Below, piece after piece: positions 1-11,191 of a stretch of 64,000 bases of DNA. A model generated the notes under the pieces. That model worked only from the letters and a program-made list of their open reading frames with translations, did no database searches and was not told where the DNA came from. The position numbers and the translations under genes are program-made. How positions within the stretch are numbered: position 1 is the stretch's first letter; the number at the start of each line of letters is the position of its first letter. The DNA is from Oikopleura dioica (taxonomy: Eukaryota > Animalia > Chordata), in contig OU015566.1 in assembly GCA_907165135.1 (NCBI GenBank), positions 8,494,001-8,558,000 of the forward strand. Reading direction: 5' to 3'.

Positions 1-2632
1 CCAAAAGTATTCGAAAAGGTTAATTTAGCGCCAGTCAATGACGTGGAAGCGGTCATCGAGCATGTTCAAAAGCCTGACATAATTACTATCCCTATCATCA
101 CTCCCGAAAGCGAACAAGAGTTCATCGAGCTAGTTGAGATGGATATTTTGAAACCAGACAATGAACAAACCATCCCTGTAGCGCTGAACTACCCCGAAGG
201 AGAAAATATACCGATCGATCTCGTCGAAGAAAGCAAACTGATCAAGGCTAAAGACGTCGACAAACTTGTTGAAGATGAAGATTTCAAAGAAAAGATTGCT
301 GTTGAGAGCTTCACAATTATACAGGGAAGAGTTTAAATCATAAAAAATAGATATCAAAGAGTATTTCTAAACTCATCAAGACAACAACAACGACTCTTTC
401 GACAACAACTTCATCTATTATTTCATCGAAGCCAGCGGAACCTAAGCAAGTTGTTGCATTGATTGCTTCGTCTATTCCGGAAGCTGAAGTTATCGAAATA
501 TTAAAAGAAGCATCAGTTGAGCCAATAACTACAGTAATTATCGATGAAACCAAACCCCAAAAAGAAGTCGCAGACGAGATAAACAAATTCCTTCAATCAG
601 AAAATTTAACTGACTCGAATTTGATTCCCGTTCTATCAGAAAAGACGCAACTTCTGCCAGAATATCTCCAAGAAAAAACTGGGAAGCGAACGAATCCTAT
701 TTTGATTGGCGAGAAGATCAGACAGCCAATTATTCCAGAGAAGATCCGCCTTGAAGACGAGCCCAATGAAGAGCTGTTCAATAATTTGACAAAGATACGA
801 CCAGTTATCATCGTTGCTCCTTCTGATATTGAGCCAGAAAAAGTTGAAGATATTTTAGATGAGCTAGATACAAAAGGGGATGTTGATGTCATAGTCGGAG
901 ATGATCATATTATTCAGAAAATGCCTCTTGAAAAAGCTAAAGGTCATTTTATATCGAAAATAAGTAGAACTCATTCTGTGTTTAGAAAAGGATTTAACAA
1001 TCGCTAAACCAGCTCCACTAAAATCCGAGATTTTGGACCCCATTTTGACTCTTGCTGACAAGTCAACGGTCATCCTCCCAATTATAAATTCTTCGAATAC
1101 GGCTGAGTTCGAGAGCATCGATTCTATTCTCAAAGATGCTCCAAATGTTCTACAAGTTGACATCGAAAACGGAACAGTTCCTGAAATCATGGATGATATT
1201 AATACTCAAATCAAAAATACACCGCTCAATAAAGTCGTTGTTCTAAAAGATAAAGAGGAGCCGGACGACCGGATTGATGAAATCATTCCGTTTCTGGAAG
1301 AAAAAGGTATGATAACTAGCTTATCTTTTCTAACTGTTCTACAAGCCGATATTCTTGAAATACTGTCGTCAGATGAACTACCAACGAAAGATGTGACTGG
1401 AACGAGCCTTATCCTGCCAATTTCGTCGGAACAATCACCAACGATTGTGACAGACGCAAAGGATGTTTCCATAAAAACTCAAAAACCTGTCGTTCCCATA
1501 TTTACCGACGATTTCATTGAACCCATCGTGGAGCCAGTAATCTCAAAAGACATAGAGTCTCTTAAACCTGACGAAATTAAAAGAGCGGTCCAATGCTCCG
1601 CAGTTCTCGAACCAGGACGAATGGACAGCCTGAAAGAAAAAATAATTCTTCTTCTTCCAAGGGACCTTCAAATGGCTGCAATTCTTGATCTGCTAGCCGA
1701 GATTAATGATCTTCATCCAGAGCAAAAAGTCATTTTGGCTCATCTTGGTGAAATTTACCGAATAAAAAATGGGCCGAATTTCATCGCTGAAACGAAGCAC
1801 GCCCTTCAAGTACAGTTCTGTACTACTTATGATATTTAAACGATAATTTTAGCTTGTGTTAAAACGAGAGCAGTTCTTCCAGCATAGAGACAATCTTGAG
1901 GCTCTCGATAAACTTAAAAATGATCTTCCAAACTCAATTATCATCAATATCATTGGCGAAACGAAAGATAAAGAATTGATTGACGAACTAGAAAGATTGA
2001 GCTTTTGCTATTACAATAGAAATGTGCAATTTTTGGAAGCGGCATTTATACAGACTTCAACAAAACCCGTCACCATGACAACTACTACGACAACCACGAC
2101 GACGATTACAACAACAACTACAAAGTCTACTTCAACATCAACAGCAGAAGTAACAACCCGATCTTCTGACACTGAGACAACAAAAACTCAACGAGAAGGG
2201 CCTTCAGATACGTGCATAGCATCATGTCCTGAAGTATTCAGCTTTTTCAAAAACAACTCTTGCCCTTCCCATTGCGTTTCTCGAGAGCGAAGAGAATCAG
2301 GCTCATGTGAACTCGTCGAGCGGAGACAAAATGTGTTAATGCAAGATGGTTGCGTTGCAGAAAATGTATATTTGAAAGTTTGCACGGGAGCTTGCCTTGA
2401 GGTTATGAAACAACTTTAAAAATTAATTAGATTGATAATTCAGGACGATGTTGAATTCGACCACGAATATGGGAAGCTCTTTATCTCTGACGGCCTACAC
2501 TTCTGCGAACCCGTTGGTCTTCTTGACCGAATGATTACAGTCGAATGTCCAGATGGAACATCTGATGAACGAATAATCAAAGAGCCTGCAAGATGCAATT
2601 GCGGCTTCCAGCAAATAATAGATCTTATATAA
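1..2632 (+). CDS. 3' part of a large, probably secreted mucin/oikosin-like protein: acidic Ile/Pro/Val-rich segments, Thr-rich tract and C-terminal cystine knot (CTCK); 5' end lies outside the window
   Basis: ORFs 43-336, 459-1007, 1033-1839, 1856-2419 and 2432-2632 join in frame through ~42-50 nt GT-AG introns. Poly-Thr tract, then C..C..CTGAC...CEP...C...CNC cystine-knot pattern. Confidence 0.7.
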
Positions 2633-2754
2633 ACTTGCTTCTGACAAAAACCCTGCTTCAAAAATATAATATCTGACAAAAGCTTTGCACGTTTTTTCTA
2701 AAGGTGGAATTTCTTTATTTCGAAAATAAATAACGTGGTTGCTGCACAGTTGGT

Positions 2755-3140
2755 TTACAAGAATGCAATAAGAATGAACAAGTTCATGATTCCAAAGCAA
2801 AACTGAAGAGCTTTTTTTCGTTGAAAAACCTATCTAACCATATCTTTTGATTAAATATAATAAAAATAAATCAACTGTCCTTGAATGTATTTGTATCTTG
2901 GGAGAATGGCTCGGATGTAGATCATGGCAGCAATCCAGTAGATGGCTTCGGCAAAGTTTCTTTGCTGGACGGCGACGACAGGCTGGATAGAGGAAACAAC
3001 AGGTCTTACAAGACGCGAGTTTTGAGAAAGCTTTGAAATCAAAATTTAGAATTGAAATTTATGCATTTGTGTCTTACCACTCGAGGAGCGACTGGCCGAG
3101 AAAGCTGTCGGAGAGGAGTAACGACTTGTCCAAATCTCAT
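2755..3140 (-). CDS. 89-aa protein: mitochondrial-type presequence plus ND1 (NuoH) C-terminus-like hydrophobic peptide; exons 3140-3078, 3030-2880, 2810-2755
   Basis: Spliced product MRFGQVVTPLRQLSRPVAPRVLSQNSRLVRPVVSSIQPVVAVQQRN-FAEAIYWIAAMIYIRAILPRYKYIQALQFCFGIMNLFILIAFL*. Intron 1 is GT-AG, 47 nt; intron 2 is GA-AG, 69 nt. TTAG lies one base before the ATG. YIRAILPRYKYIQ matches the ND1 motif WIRxxxPRFRYDQ. Confidence 0.75.
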
Positions 3141-3788
3141 TCTAACATGCATCAGTGGATAAGAAGGATTATTGAATAACTTCGTTGTGGAGTAAGAAAT
3201 AATTATATAAACGAGTGAAGAAAGAAATCGACAGCTAGGAATAAAATAAAAAGAAAATGCGACAGAATATTTTTCAATAACTCGCGATCAAATAATAAGG
3301 CTGCATCACAGTTGCTGCAATAATCGTAAATTTCGAAGCATTAGTAGCTGAAAGCTCTTGATCATAATTAACCATGCACTTCGCATATTGAAAAAAATAT
3401 CTAACAGAACATCTCTCTAATTATAAAATTTGGCACGATTCTTTCATTTTTTGTCCTGTAGCGAAAATTTATTTTGTTTTTTGTCAATAGTTGAACATAT
3501 TTTTTAAAATTTTTTGTGATGAAGGGAGAAAGGTGAAATATTCACCGTGAAAAGTGCTGTGAAAGTGAGTATAAAAAGGCTGATGCACAGGTTTGAAATC
3601 AGTTTTTATCTGTTGCAGTTGTTATTCTCATAGTTGAAGAAGTGAGCGGAGCAAGAAAGTGGAAAACGAAAACTAAGTAGGATTGACGTGGCCGAGACTG
3701 TTGAAATTGATCGTGGCGGGGTCGAGGTTGGCTGATGTGCCGGGAAGAGCGCTAGAAAAATGATAAAAAGTAAGTTGAAATAGACCGT

Positions 3789-6700
3789 TCACTTTTGGGT
3801 CGTCGTAGATCGCTTTGAATGCGCTAAATCATCAAAATTGAGGACGAGTAATTTGGTCAACTCGGTTCCATTTCGCGATCCAACGGCGCAGACAAGCTTC
3901 GTCTCAGAGGCCTTGATTCTCCAAACAACGCCGCCGGTATTTCTCGTATCCAACGAGACCAAATCGCGAATCCACTCGCCAGTCTCCGCATTCCACAATT
4001 TCACCGTTCCATCATCCGACGACGTGATAATGAACTTGCCACAATATTGGAGGGAAGTAACGGCCGAGTTGTGCTTGTTTTTGTCGTCCAATGTTCTCAC
4101 AAGAAGGCCTTAAATGATCCCATAAGAAACTAAAAGAGCTTCTTAGAGAGTTACCTGTGTCAATGTCCCAAATTTTTACAAATGAATCGGCATTTCCAGA
4201 GACGAGAGTTTTCCCTCTGAAAATAGATATAAACGGCAAGATGTAGTTACGTCTCTTACCGTAGCTCCATGCCACTAGTCAAGCTTTGGTGTCCAACAAG
4301 CGTGTGTAGTAAGGTGCCATTATCAGCATCCCACACCTATGAAATAATCATTAGATTCTGCTTCTACAAGGAGGTTGCGTCTCACCATGATGTTTGTATC
4401 TAACGAACCGCTGACAACATGTTTTCCATCGAATTGAAGTGAATAAACCCGCTGTGTGTGGCCTTGAAGAGTGTGCAAAAGCTTACAATTCGATTTCGGA
4501 TCCCAAATCTATTTTTCAGTTAGCAACAAGACAACTTGTATCTGATTTACCTTTACTGTGTTGTCATACGATCCCGAGACAATTTTCTTGCCATCAAAGC
4601 ATACGCATCTTACCGCAGCAAAATGACCAACAAGAACAGCCTTGCATTTGAGAGTGGTTAGATCCCAGAGGCGCAAGGTATTGTCTCGAGAGCCGGAAAC
4701 GACCTCGTTTCCAGCCAAGGCCATGCATCGAACTGTTGAGCAGTGGCCGTAAAGTGTTTCTATGCATTTGCCGGTCTCGGCGGACCAAACTCGTAGAGTC
4801 CGATCGGTGGAGCCAGAAACGATCCAGTCATCCTTTTTGTCAGTTAATTTTTGCAATCAAAAATAATAAAAGACTCACCTTCATTTCTAGGCACCAAACT
4901 CCGCCCGTGTGTCCAATAAGCGTCGATTGGCATTGTCCGGTTTTTGCGTTCCAGACCTAAAACTGTAGTAACGAATTCCGACCCTACTTGCTTACCTTGA
5001 GTGTACTATCATCGCTTCCAGAAACGATTCTCTGACCATCAAATTGAAGACAAGTGACAACATGGTCATCGTGGCCAACCAATTCTAGCGGCGTCACGTC
5101 TCCTTCTATCCAGACCTTCTCTATGACAGTGTTTTTTTTATATTGCACAAGAATTGGGGACGCTAACTCCTCCGGCCAGAGACATCGTAGAAAGTCCCCG
5201 AATAGCTCAAAATGTAGCTAAGGGTCTACTGCGTGCAGTGAGGGGGTTGAAATTTTCTTGAGCCCACGTGATATTCCGTAATATTACGTAATAGTAGGAA
5301 ATAATGTATTTTTTCAAATTAAGACTATAATGGACATCGTCATTAGTACCATTCGACGTCATTTTTCATCCTCTTTTTTTCTCAAAGGTCATCCGAGGTC
5401 ACGTGACCCCAACTGACCTCAAAAATAAATAAAAGCTATATACAGTGACACATACATCATTTGATCACTTTTCAAAGATCTTTTTATGTTCGAATCGATT
5501 GAGGTCATTTTGGGTCACGTGACCTCGGGCCGTTTCAGCCCCGTTCCTTGATTTTTAAATTTAAGGGCTTGACGGCCCTTCGGGCCGTTTCAGCCCCGTT
5601 CCTTGATTTTTAAATTTAAGGGGCTTGACGGCCCTTCGGGCCGTTTCAGCCCCGTTCCTTGATTTTTAAATTTAAGGGGCTTGACGGCCCTTCGGGCCGT
5701 TTCAGCCCCGTTCCTTGATTTTTAAATTTAAGGGGCTTGACGGCCCTTCGGGCCGTTTCAGCCCCGTTCCTTGATTTTTAAATTTAAGGGGCTTGACGGC
5801 CCTTCGGGCCGTTTCAGCCCCGTTCCTTGATTTTTAAATTTAAGGGGCTTGACGGCCCTTCGGGCCGTTTCAGCCCCGTTCCTTGATTTTAAATTTAAGG
5901 GGCTTGACGGCCCTTCGGGCCGTTTCAGCCCCGTTCCTTGATTTTTAAATTTAAGGGGCTTGACGGCCCTTCGGGCCGTTTCAGCCCCGTTCCTTGATTT
6001 TTAAATTTAAGGGGCTTGACGGCCCTTCGGGCCGTTTCAGCCCCGTTCCTTGATTTTTAAATTTAAGGGGCTTGACGGCCCTTCGGGCCGTTTCAGCCCC
6101 GTTCCTTGATTTTTAAATTTAGGGGCTTGACGGCCCTTCGGGCCGTTTCAGCCCCGTTCCTTGATTTTTAAATTTAAGGGGCTTGACGGCCCTTCGGGCC
6201 GTTTCAGCCCCGTTCCTTGATTTTTAAATTTAAGGGGCTTGACGGCCCTTCGGGCCGTTTCAGCCCCGTTCCTTGATTTTTAAATTTAAGGGGCTTGACG
6301 GCCCTTCGGGCCGTTTCAGCCCCGTTCCTTGATTTTTAAATTTAAGGGGCTTGACGGCCCTTCGGGCCGTTTCAGCCCCGTTCCTTGATTTTTAAATTTA
6401 AGGGCTTGACGGCCCTTCGGGCCGTTTCAGCCCCGTTCCTTGATTTTTAAATTTAAGGGCTTGACGGCCCTTCGGGCCGTTTCAGCCCCGTTCCTTGATT
6501 TTTAAATTTAAGGGCTTGACGGCCCTTCGGGCCGTTTCAGCCCCGTTCCTTGATTTTTAAATTTAAGGGCTTGACGGCCCTTCGGGCCGTTTCAGCCCCG
6601 TTCCTTGATTTTTAAATTTAAGGGGCTTGACGGCCCTTCGGGCCGTTTCAGCCCCGTTCCTTGATTTTTAAATTTAAGGGGCTTGACGGCCCTTCGGGCC

Positions 6701-9700
6701 GTTTCAGCCCCGTTCCTTGATTTTTAAATTTAAGGGGCTTGACGGCCCTTCGGGCCGTTTCAGCCCCGTTCCTTGATTTTTAAATTTAAGGGGCTTGACG
6801 GCCCTTCGGGCCGTTTCAGCCCCGTTCCTTGATTTTAAATTTAAGGGGCTTGACGGCCCTTCGGGCCGTTTCAGCCCCGTTCCTTGATTTTTAAATTTAA
6901 GGGGCTTGACGGCCCTTCGGGCCGTTTCAGCCCCGTTCCTTGATTTTTAAATTTAAGGGCTTGACGGCCCTTCGGGCCGTTTCAGCCCCGTTCCTTGATT
7001 TTTAAATTTAAGGGGCTTGACGGCCCTTCGGGCCGTTTCAGCCCCGTTCCTTGATTTTTAAATTTAAGGGGCTTGACGGCCCTTCGGGCCGTTTCAGCCC
7101 CGTTCCTTGATTTTAAATTTAAGGGCTTGACGGCCCTTCGGGCCGTTTCAGCCCCGTTCCTTGATTTTTAAATTTAAGGGGCTTGACGGCCCTTCGGGCC
7201 GTTTCAGCCCCGTTCCTTGATTTTTAAATTTAAGGGGCTTGACGGCCCTTCGGGCCGTTTCAGCCCCGTTCCTTGATTTTTAAATTTAAGGGGCTTGACG
7301 GCCCTTCGGGCCGTTTCAGCCCCGTTCCTTGATTTTTAAATTTAAGGGGCTTGACGGCCCTTCGGGCCGTTTCAGCCCCGTTCCTTGATTTTTAAATTTA
7401 AGGGCTTGACGGCCCTTCGGGCCGTTTCAGCCCCGTTCCTTGATTTTTAAATTTAAGGGGCTTGACGGCCCTTCGGGCCGTTTCAGCCCCGTTCCTTGAT
7501 TTTTAAATTTAAGGGGCTTGACGGCCCTTCGGGCCGTTTCAGCCCCGTTCCTTGATTTTTAAATTTAAGGGCTTGACGGCCCTTCGGGCCGTTTCAGCCC
7601 CGTTCCTTGATTTTTAAATTTAAGGGCTTGACGGCCCTTCGGGCCGTTTCAGCCCCGTTCCTTGATTTTTAAATTTAAGGGGCTTGACGGCCCTTCGGGC
7701 CGTTTCAGCCCCGTTCCTTGATTTTTAAATTTAAGGGGCTTGACGGCCCTTCGGGCCGTTTCAGCCCCGTTCCTTGATTTTTAAATTTAAGGGGCTTGAC
7801 GGCCCTTCGGGCCGTTTCAGCCCCGTTCCTTGATTTTTAAATTTAAGGGGCTTGACATAAGCGTGGGACTCTGAGGTGATCAATCTCAGTTATGTCCCCA
7901 ACCCCACCCTCACCCATATGGTATAAAAATATAAATTATTCAAGTTTTTTGCTTACTTATGGTTCCAAATTTAATTTTCCAAAATTTTATTTTGAAAATT
8001 TTTTTATTTTTTTCTTGATTATGACATCAGAAATATGTCCACAAAAATAAACTAACCTTCTTCTTTCTAGACTCATGAATTCTTTCTTCTTTTCTTCTTC
8101 CATGAGAAACTCTCACGGAGGTCCTCCGGGTCCTCCACCCGAAATTCAGAGAAGTCCGACTTTGGCAGCCGATTTCGGCATGATAATGCCATCTCTAAAA
8201 TTTTTAACCCCCTTACTGCACAATTTGGACCCTTGGCTACATTTTCCGCCCTAAAGCTTTACAGTAGCATTACTGTGGCCGGAGGAGTTAGCGTCCCCAA
8301 TAAGCACCTTTTTGTGCAATATAAAAACACTGTCTATTCGTTTCTTTCTCATTATTGTCTTCTTCCACGGGGAATGAATGTTCTGACCAGTGATTTCTGG
8401 AGCTCTCGTTTTTGCCCAGCTCTTGTATTGCTTCAGCACAGGCGGAGAGCATTCTAGGCGTGGTAGGTCATATTTTTAATTTTAAAAGGCAAGTGATAGG
8501 TGAACGCGGACTCTGGAGATTTCGACATACTAATTGACTCCTAATTAATCTCTTTATATGCTCTTTGGTGGTCCTCTCTGATACATTTCCTATCGCTCAT
8601 TTGCGCAAAATAAATATTCTCAAAGTCGACCATCGCTTACCTTTTACTTTTTCGTCTTGGCATTTTTGACGCCAAATTGTGTTGTCGTCAGCGAGTTGCC
8701 GCCAAGTACGGCATGTTTGCGCCGCAGAAACAAGGTCTTTTGGCTCTAGATTCGAGAGCACATGAAGGGCAAGCTCGGGCGGAAGGAGGGAGATGAAATC
8801 TCGTTGGAAGCGCGGTTCGATTACTGAAAACATGATCGAGGAAACATTCTCTATTTCTTGACATCTAAAATAGCCGGTCTCTCTTATATATATGATTATA
8901 AGCCAATTACCAAAAGTTCATATAATATATAAGTACTCATATAATTATACTGATTAAGTTATAAAGAGAACTTAAATTTTTGGTTCATCGGAGCTTGAAC
9001 TTACCATCTCGCATAAAACGAATATTCTTAGGAGAAGAAACGTCGATCAACCTTTCAAGGGCGATTTGTTGTTCCTCTTCGGAAAAAGTGCTGTAAGCCT
9101 GAAGCCAACTGTCGATCCGATCCATCTTGGCTTCTGGCTTCTTTGCCGCCCAGTCCAAAGTCTTTTTGGGAGGGCATTTAGGTTTTCTACGAAGAAATGG
9201 CTTATTTTTCTCAAAGAATTAGCATGGTACTTACAGCTTTGGTCTTGAATGTTGCTTTTGCTTCGCTCATTTTCATTTTCCTGCGGCGAACTCGTCTGCT
9301 CGAGTAAAGGCTTCTTGGCATCAGGCAATTTGGGTGGCGAGTCGCGAGAAAAGGCAAGCTTCCTCTTTCGGAAACTGTCAGGGGTTGTTGATACACCGGA
9401 AGAAATGCTCTTTGCATTGGGGGTGATGTTATTTTTTGGAGAAGAAGAAAGCGACGCTCTTTTCCGCGTCGACATTGTCGAGGATGAGGTATTCATTGGC
9501 TCTGCTGGTGGCGGGGATGCTTTACTAGTGCTGGGGATGTCGTGGGGATGTTTGGGTGATGTGGAGGCCTCATTTTTCGGCGATAGGTCGAGATTTCCAG
9601 ACGATGAGCTGCTCCCTTGACGCAGCGAAGAAAGTCCGAATGATTCTAGTCTGCTGCTCACTCTCTCCTTCATTTTTGAAAGGGGTGATCTAAAAATAGT

Positions 9701-10028
9701 TTGAATTTATGTTAACAACTGTCTAACGAAACCAAGTTGTATGCATGTTTTTACGATAGTTTAGATCACGAGACACTTACTAGATTCTAATCCCTTCGAA
9801 GGTCATGTGATTTTACTCTTACTCATCGAAGAAATAAAATGACTGCTCAAAAAATCAGAAATTTCATTCAAATTTCATAGTTCAAATTTTTGGGGTCAAC
9901 AAGCGCGTGACGCTAATTGGCTGGTAATTTTCATACCTCCGGGGAATTTTGCTTGGGCGACTCCGATTTCTGGTTGACTTGGCAGCCTCATCCTTGACTG
10001 TGGGCTTCTTTTCGCGCTTCTGTCGCAT
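3789..10028 (-). CDS. FBXW7: F-box/WD repeat protein 7 (SCF substrate receptor), multi-exon, interrupted by a 3.2 kb element
   Basis: F-box [37 protein letters not shown], repeated GH..WD units and C-terminal GGVVWRI...[20 protein letters not shown] match FBXW7/SEL-10. An upstream exon 10028-9937 joins in frame to exon 9689. Confidence 0.93.
5125..8334. mobile_element. Non-autonomous TIR element (3210 bp, ~55 bp imperfect TIRs, 3-bp TSD TAT/ATA) inside an FBXW7 coding exon, carrying a 56-bp tandem array
   Basis: Left end GACAGTGTTTTTTTTATATTGCACAA..GGGGACGCTAACTCCTCCGGCCA (5125-5178) is the reverse complement of 8276-8334. TAT at 5122-5124 and 8335-8337. Removing it restores ...[10 protein letters not shown]... 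Confidence 0.88.
5524..7856. repeat. Minisatellite, 56-bp unit, ~42 near-identical copies
   Basis: Unit CTTCGGGCCGTTTCAGCCCCGTTCCTTGATTTTTAAATTTAAGGGGCTTGACGGCC. Copies differ essentially only in G-run and T-run length; no spacers. Confidence 0.97.
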
Positions 10029-10372
10029 TATTTATCAAGCTCGGAATTTCAAAAAAAAAAGGACGAGGAAAAGAAAAGTATTCAAGAAATAGTCCGCTTC
10101 ATCTCTAAAAATATGCTGTTGAAGAGGTGGTTTAAATTAAATAAGATTTTGACGAAGTTGGGTGATTCGGTAAAAGATTGTGAGTTGATGATCACTGATC
10201 AAGCAGGAGAAATCAAAGAAGTTGGATTGATCTAGATTTTGAGAATTTGGTCGTTTTTGGAAATTTGCGCGTGTCATCGTTTTTGCACAGAATTATGATT
10301 AGCAAAGAAAGAAAACAAAGAGGACTACGGAGGGTACGAGTGACGAAAGAAATGCAGATAGTAATTGAACAT

Positions 10373-10845
10373 TTAGGCCAGTCCGTATTTGCCCTTAAGA
10401 GTTTCGACGGTATCGACGTATTCTTTCTCCGCGTCGGCGGTGGACTTGCCCTTTAGCGCGTTCCAGGCGTCCCACTTTGCCTTGCCAGAGAAGTCCATCA
10501 TACCTGGGCGGGAAGTGTTGCAATCACCAATGGTAGCTTGCTAAAAAGGAATTTTGGTCGCCTCTCTCTTGGGTTCTAATTTCGTAGTTCGATTATGCGG
10601 CATAAAATTTATGCCGAGTTCTTCGAAGAAATCAGCGTGTAGAAGCAACCCCATCAGGGTGCCGGCGTGTTCTTTTTGCTAACCTGCTGACCTCGCAAAA
10701 GAAAAATATCCCGCTTGACCTGCCTATATAAACACCTAAAAAAAAATACCTTGAAGAGGGAGTAGAGTTTCAAGAGTTCGTCATTAGCCGGCTTTGCCTT
10801 GAGGTTCTTTGCTTCTTCGGCAGCTTTGTTGAAGGCGTCGGACAT
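10373..10845 (-). CDS. DBI: Acyl-CoA-binding protein (ACBP/DBI), two exons
   Basis: [32 protein letters not shown] | [31 protein letters not shown]... ACBP signature. Confidence 0.95.
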
Positions 10846-11191
10846 TTTTATCAGGTCTGAAATAAGTTTGTTTGAGAAAGCGTTTTTTTGTTACAAAAAT
10901 AATTTAAATATAAAAATAATAAGGAATGCTTTGATTTTGTCGCATGCTGCGGGTATAGTACGAGGAATGAGGGGATTCGTGATTCGAAGCTTTGATTCGT
11001 TTAGATAGTGAAAAGACTACGGCTACTACTTTAGTGAAGCGTGTAAGGAAAATATGGCACGTGCTGAATTAGTAACGCGTGGGATTCCAGCGTTTTCTTG
11101 AACGTTGCAATAAGCTGTACTAGTACGAGAATGAAACAATAGAAAATGAAAAAAAACTTGAACAGGGAATTTTGAAAGTGGGGAACTGAGT

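Noticed and set aside
331-350. Ultra-short 20-nt intron
   Set aside because: An in-frame 50-nt GT-AG alternative (301-350) fits the typical size.
2755-3140. Dead NUMT explanation for the ND1-like peptide
   Set aside because: It has a presequence, two spliceosomal introns and an AGA codon that reads Arg only in the standard code. Unlikely, though not formally excluded.
5524-7856. CRISPR array
   Set aside because: Units are contiguous with no unique spacers, there are no cas genes, and the context is eukaryotic.
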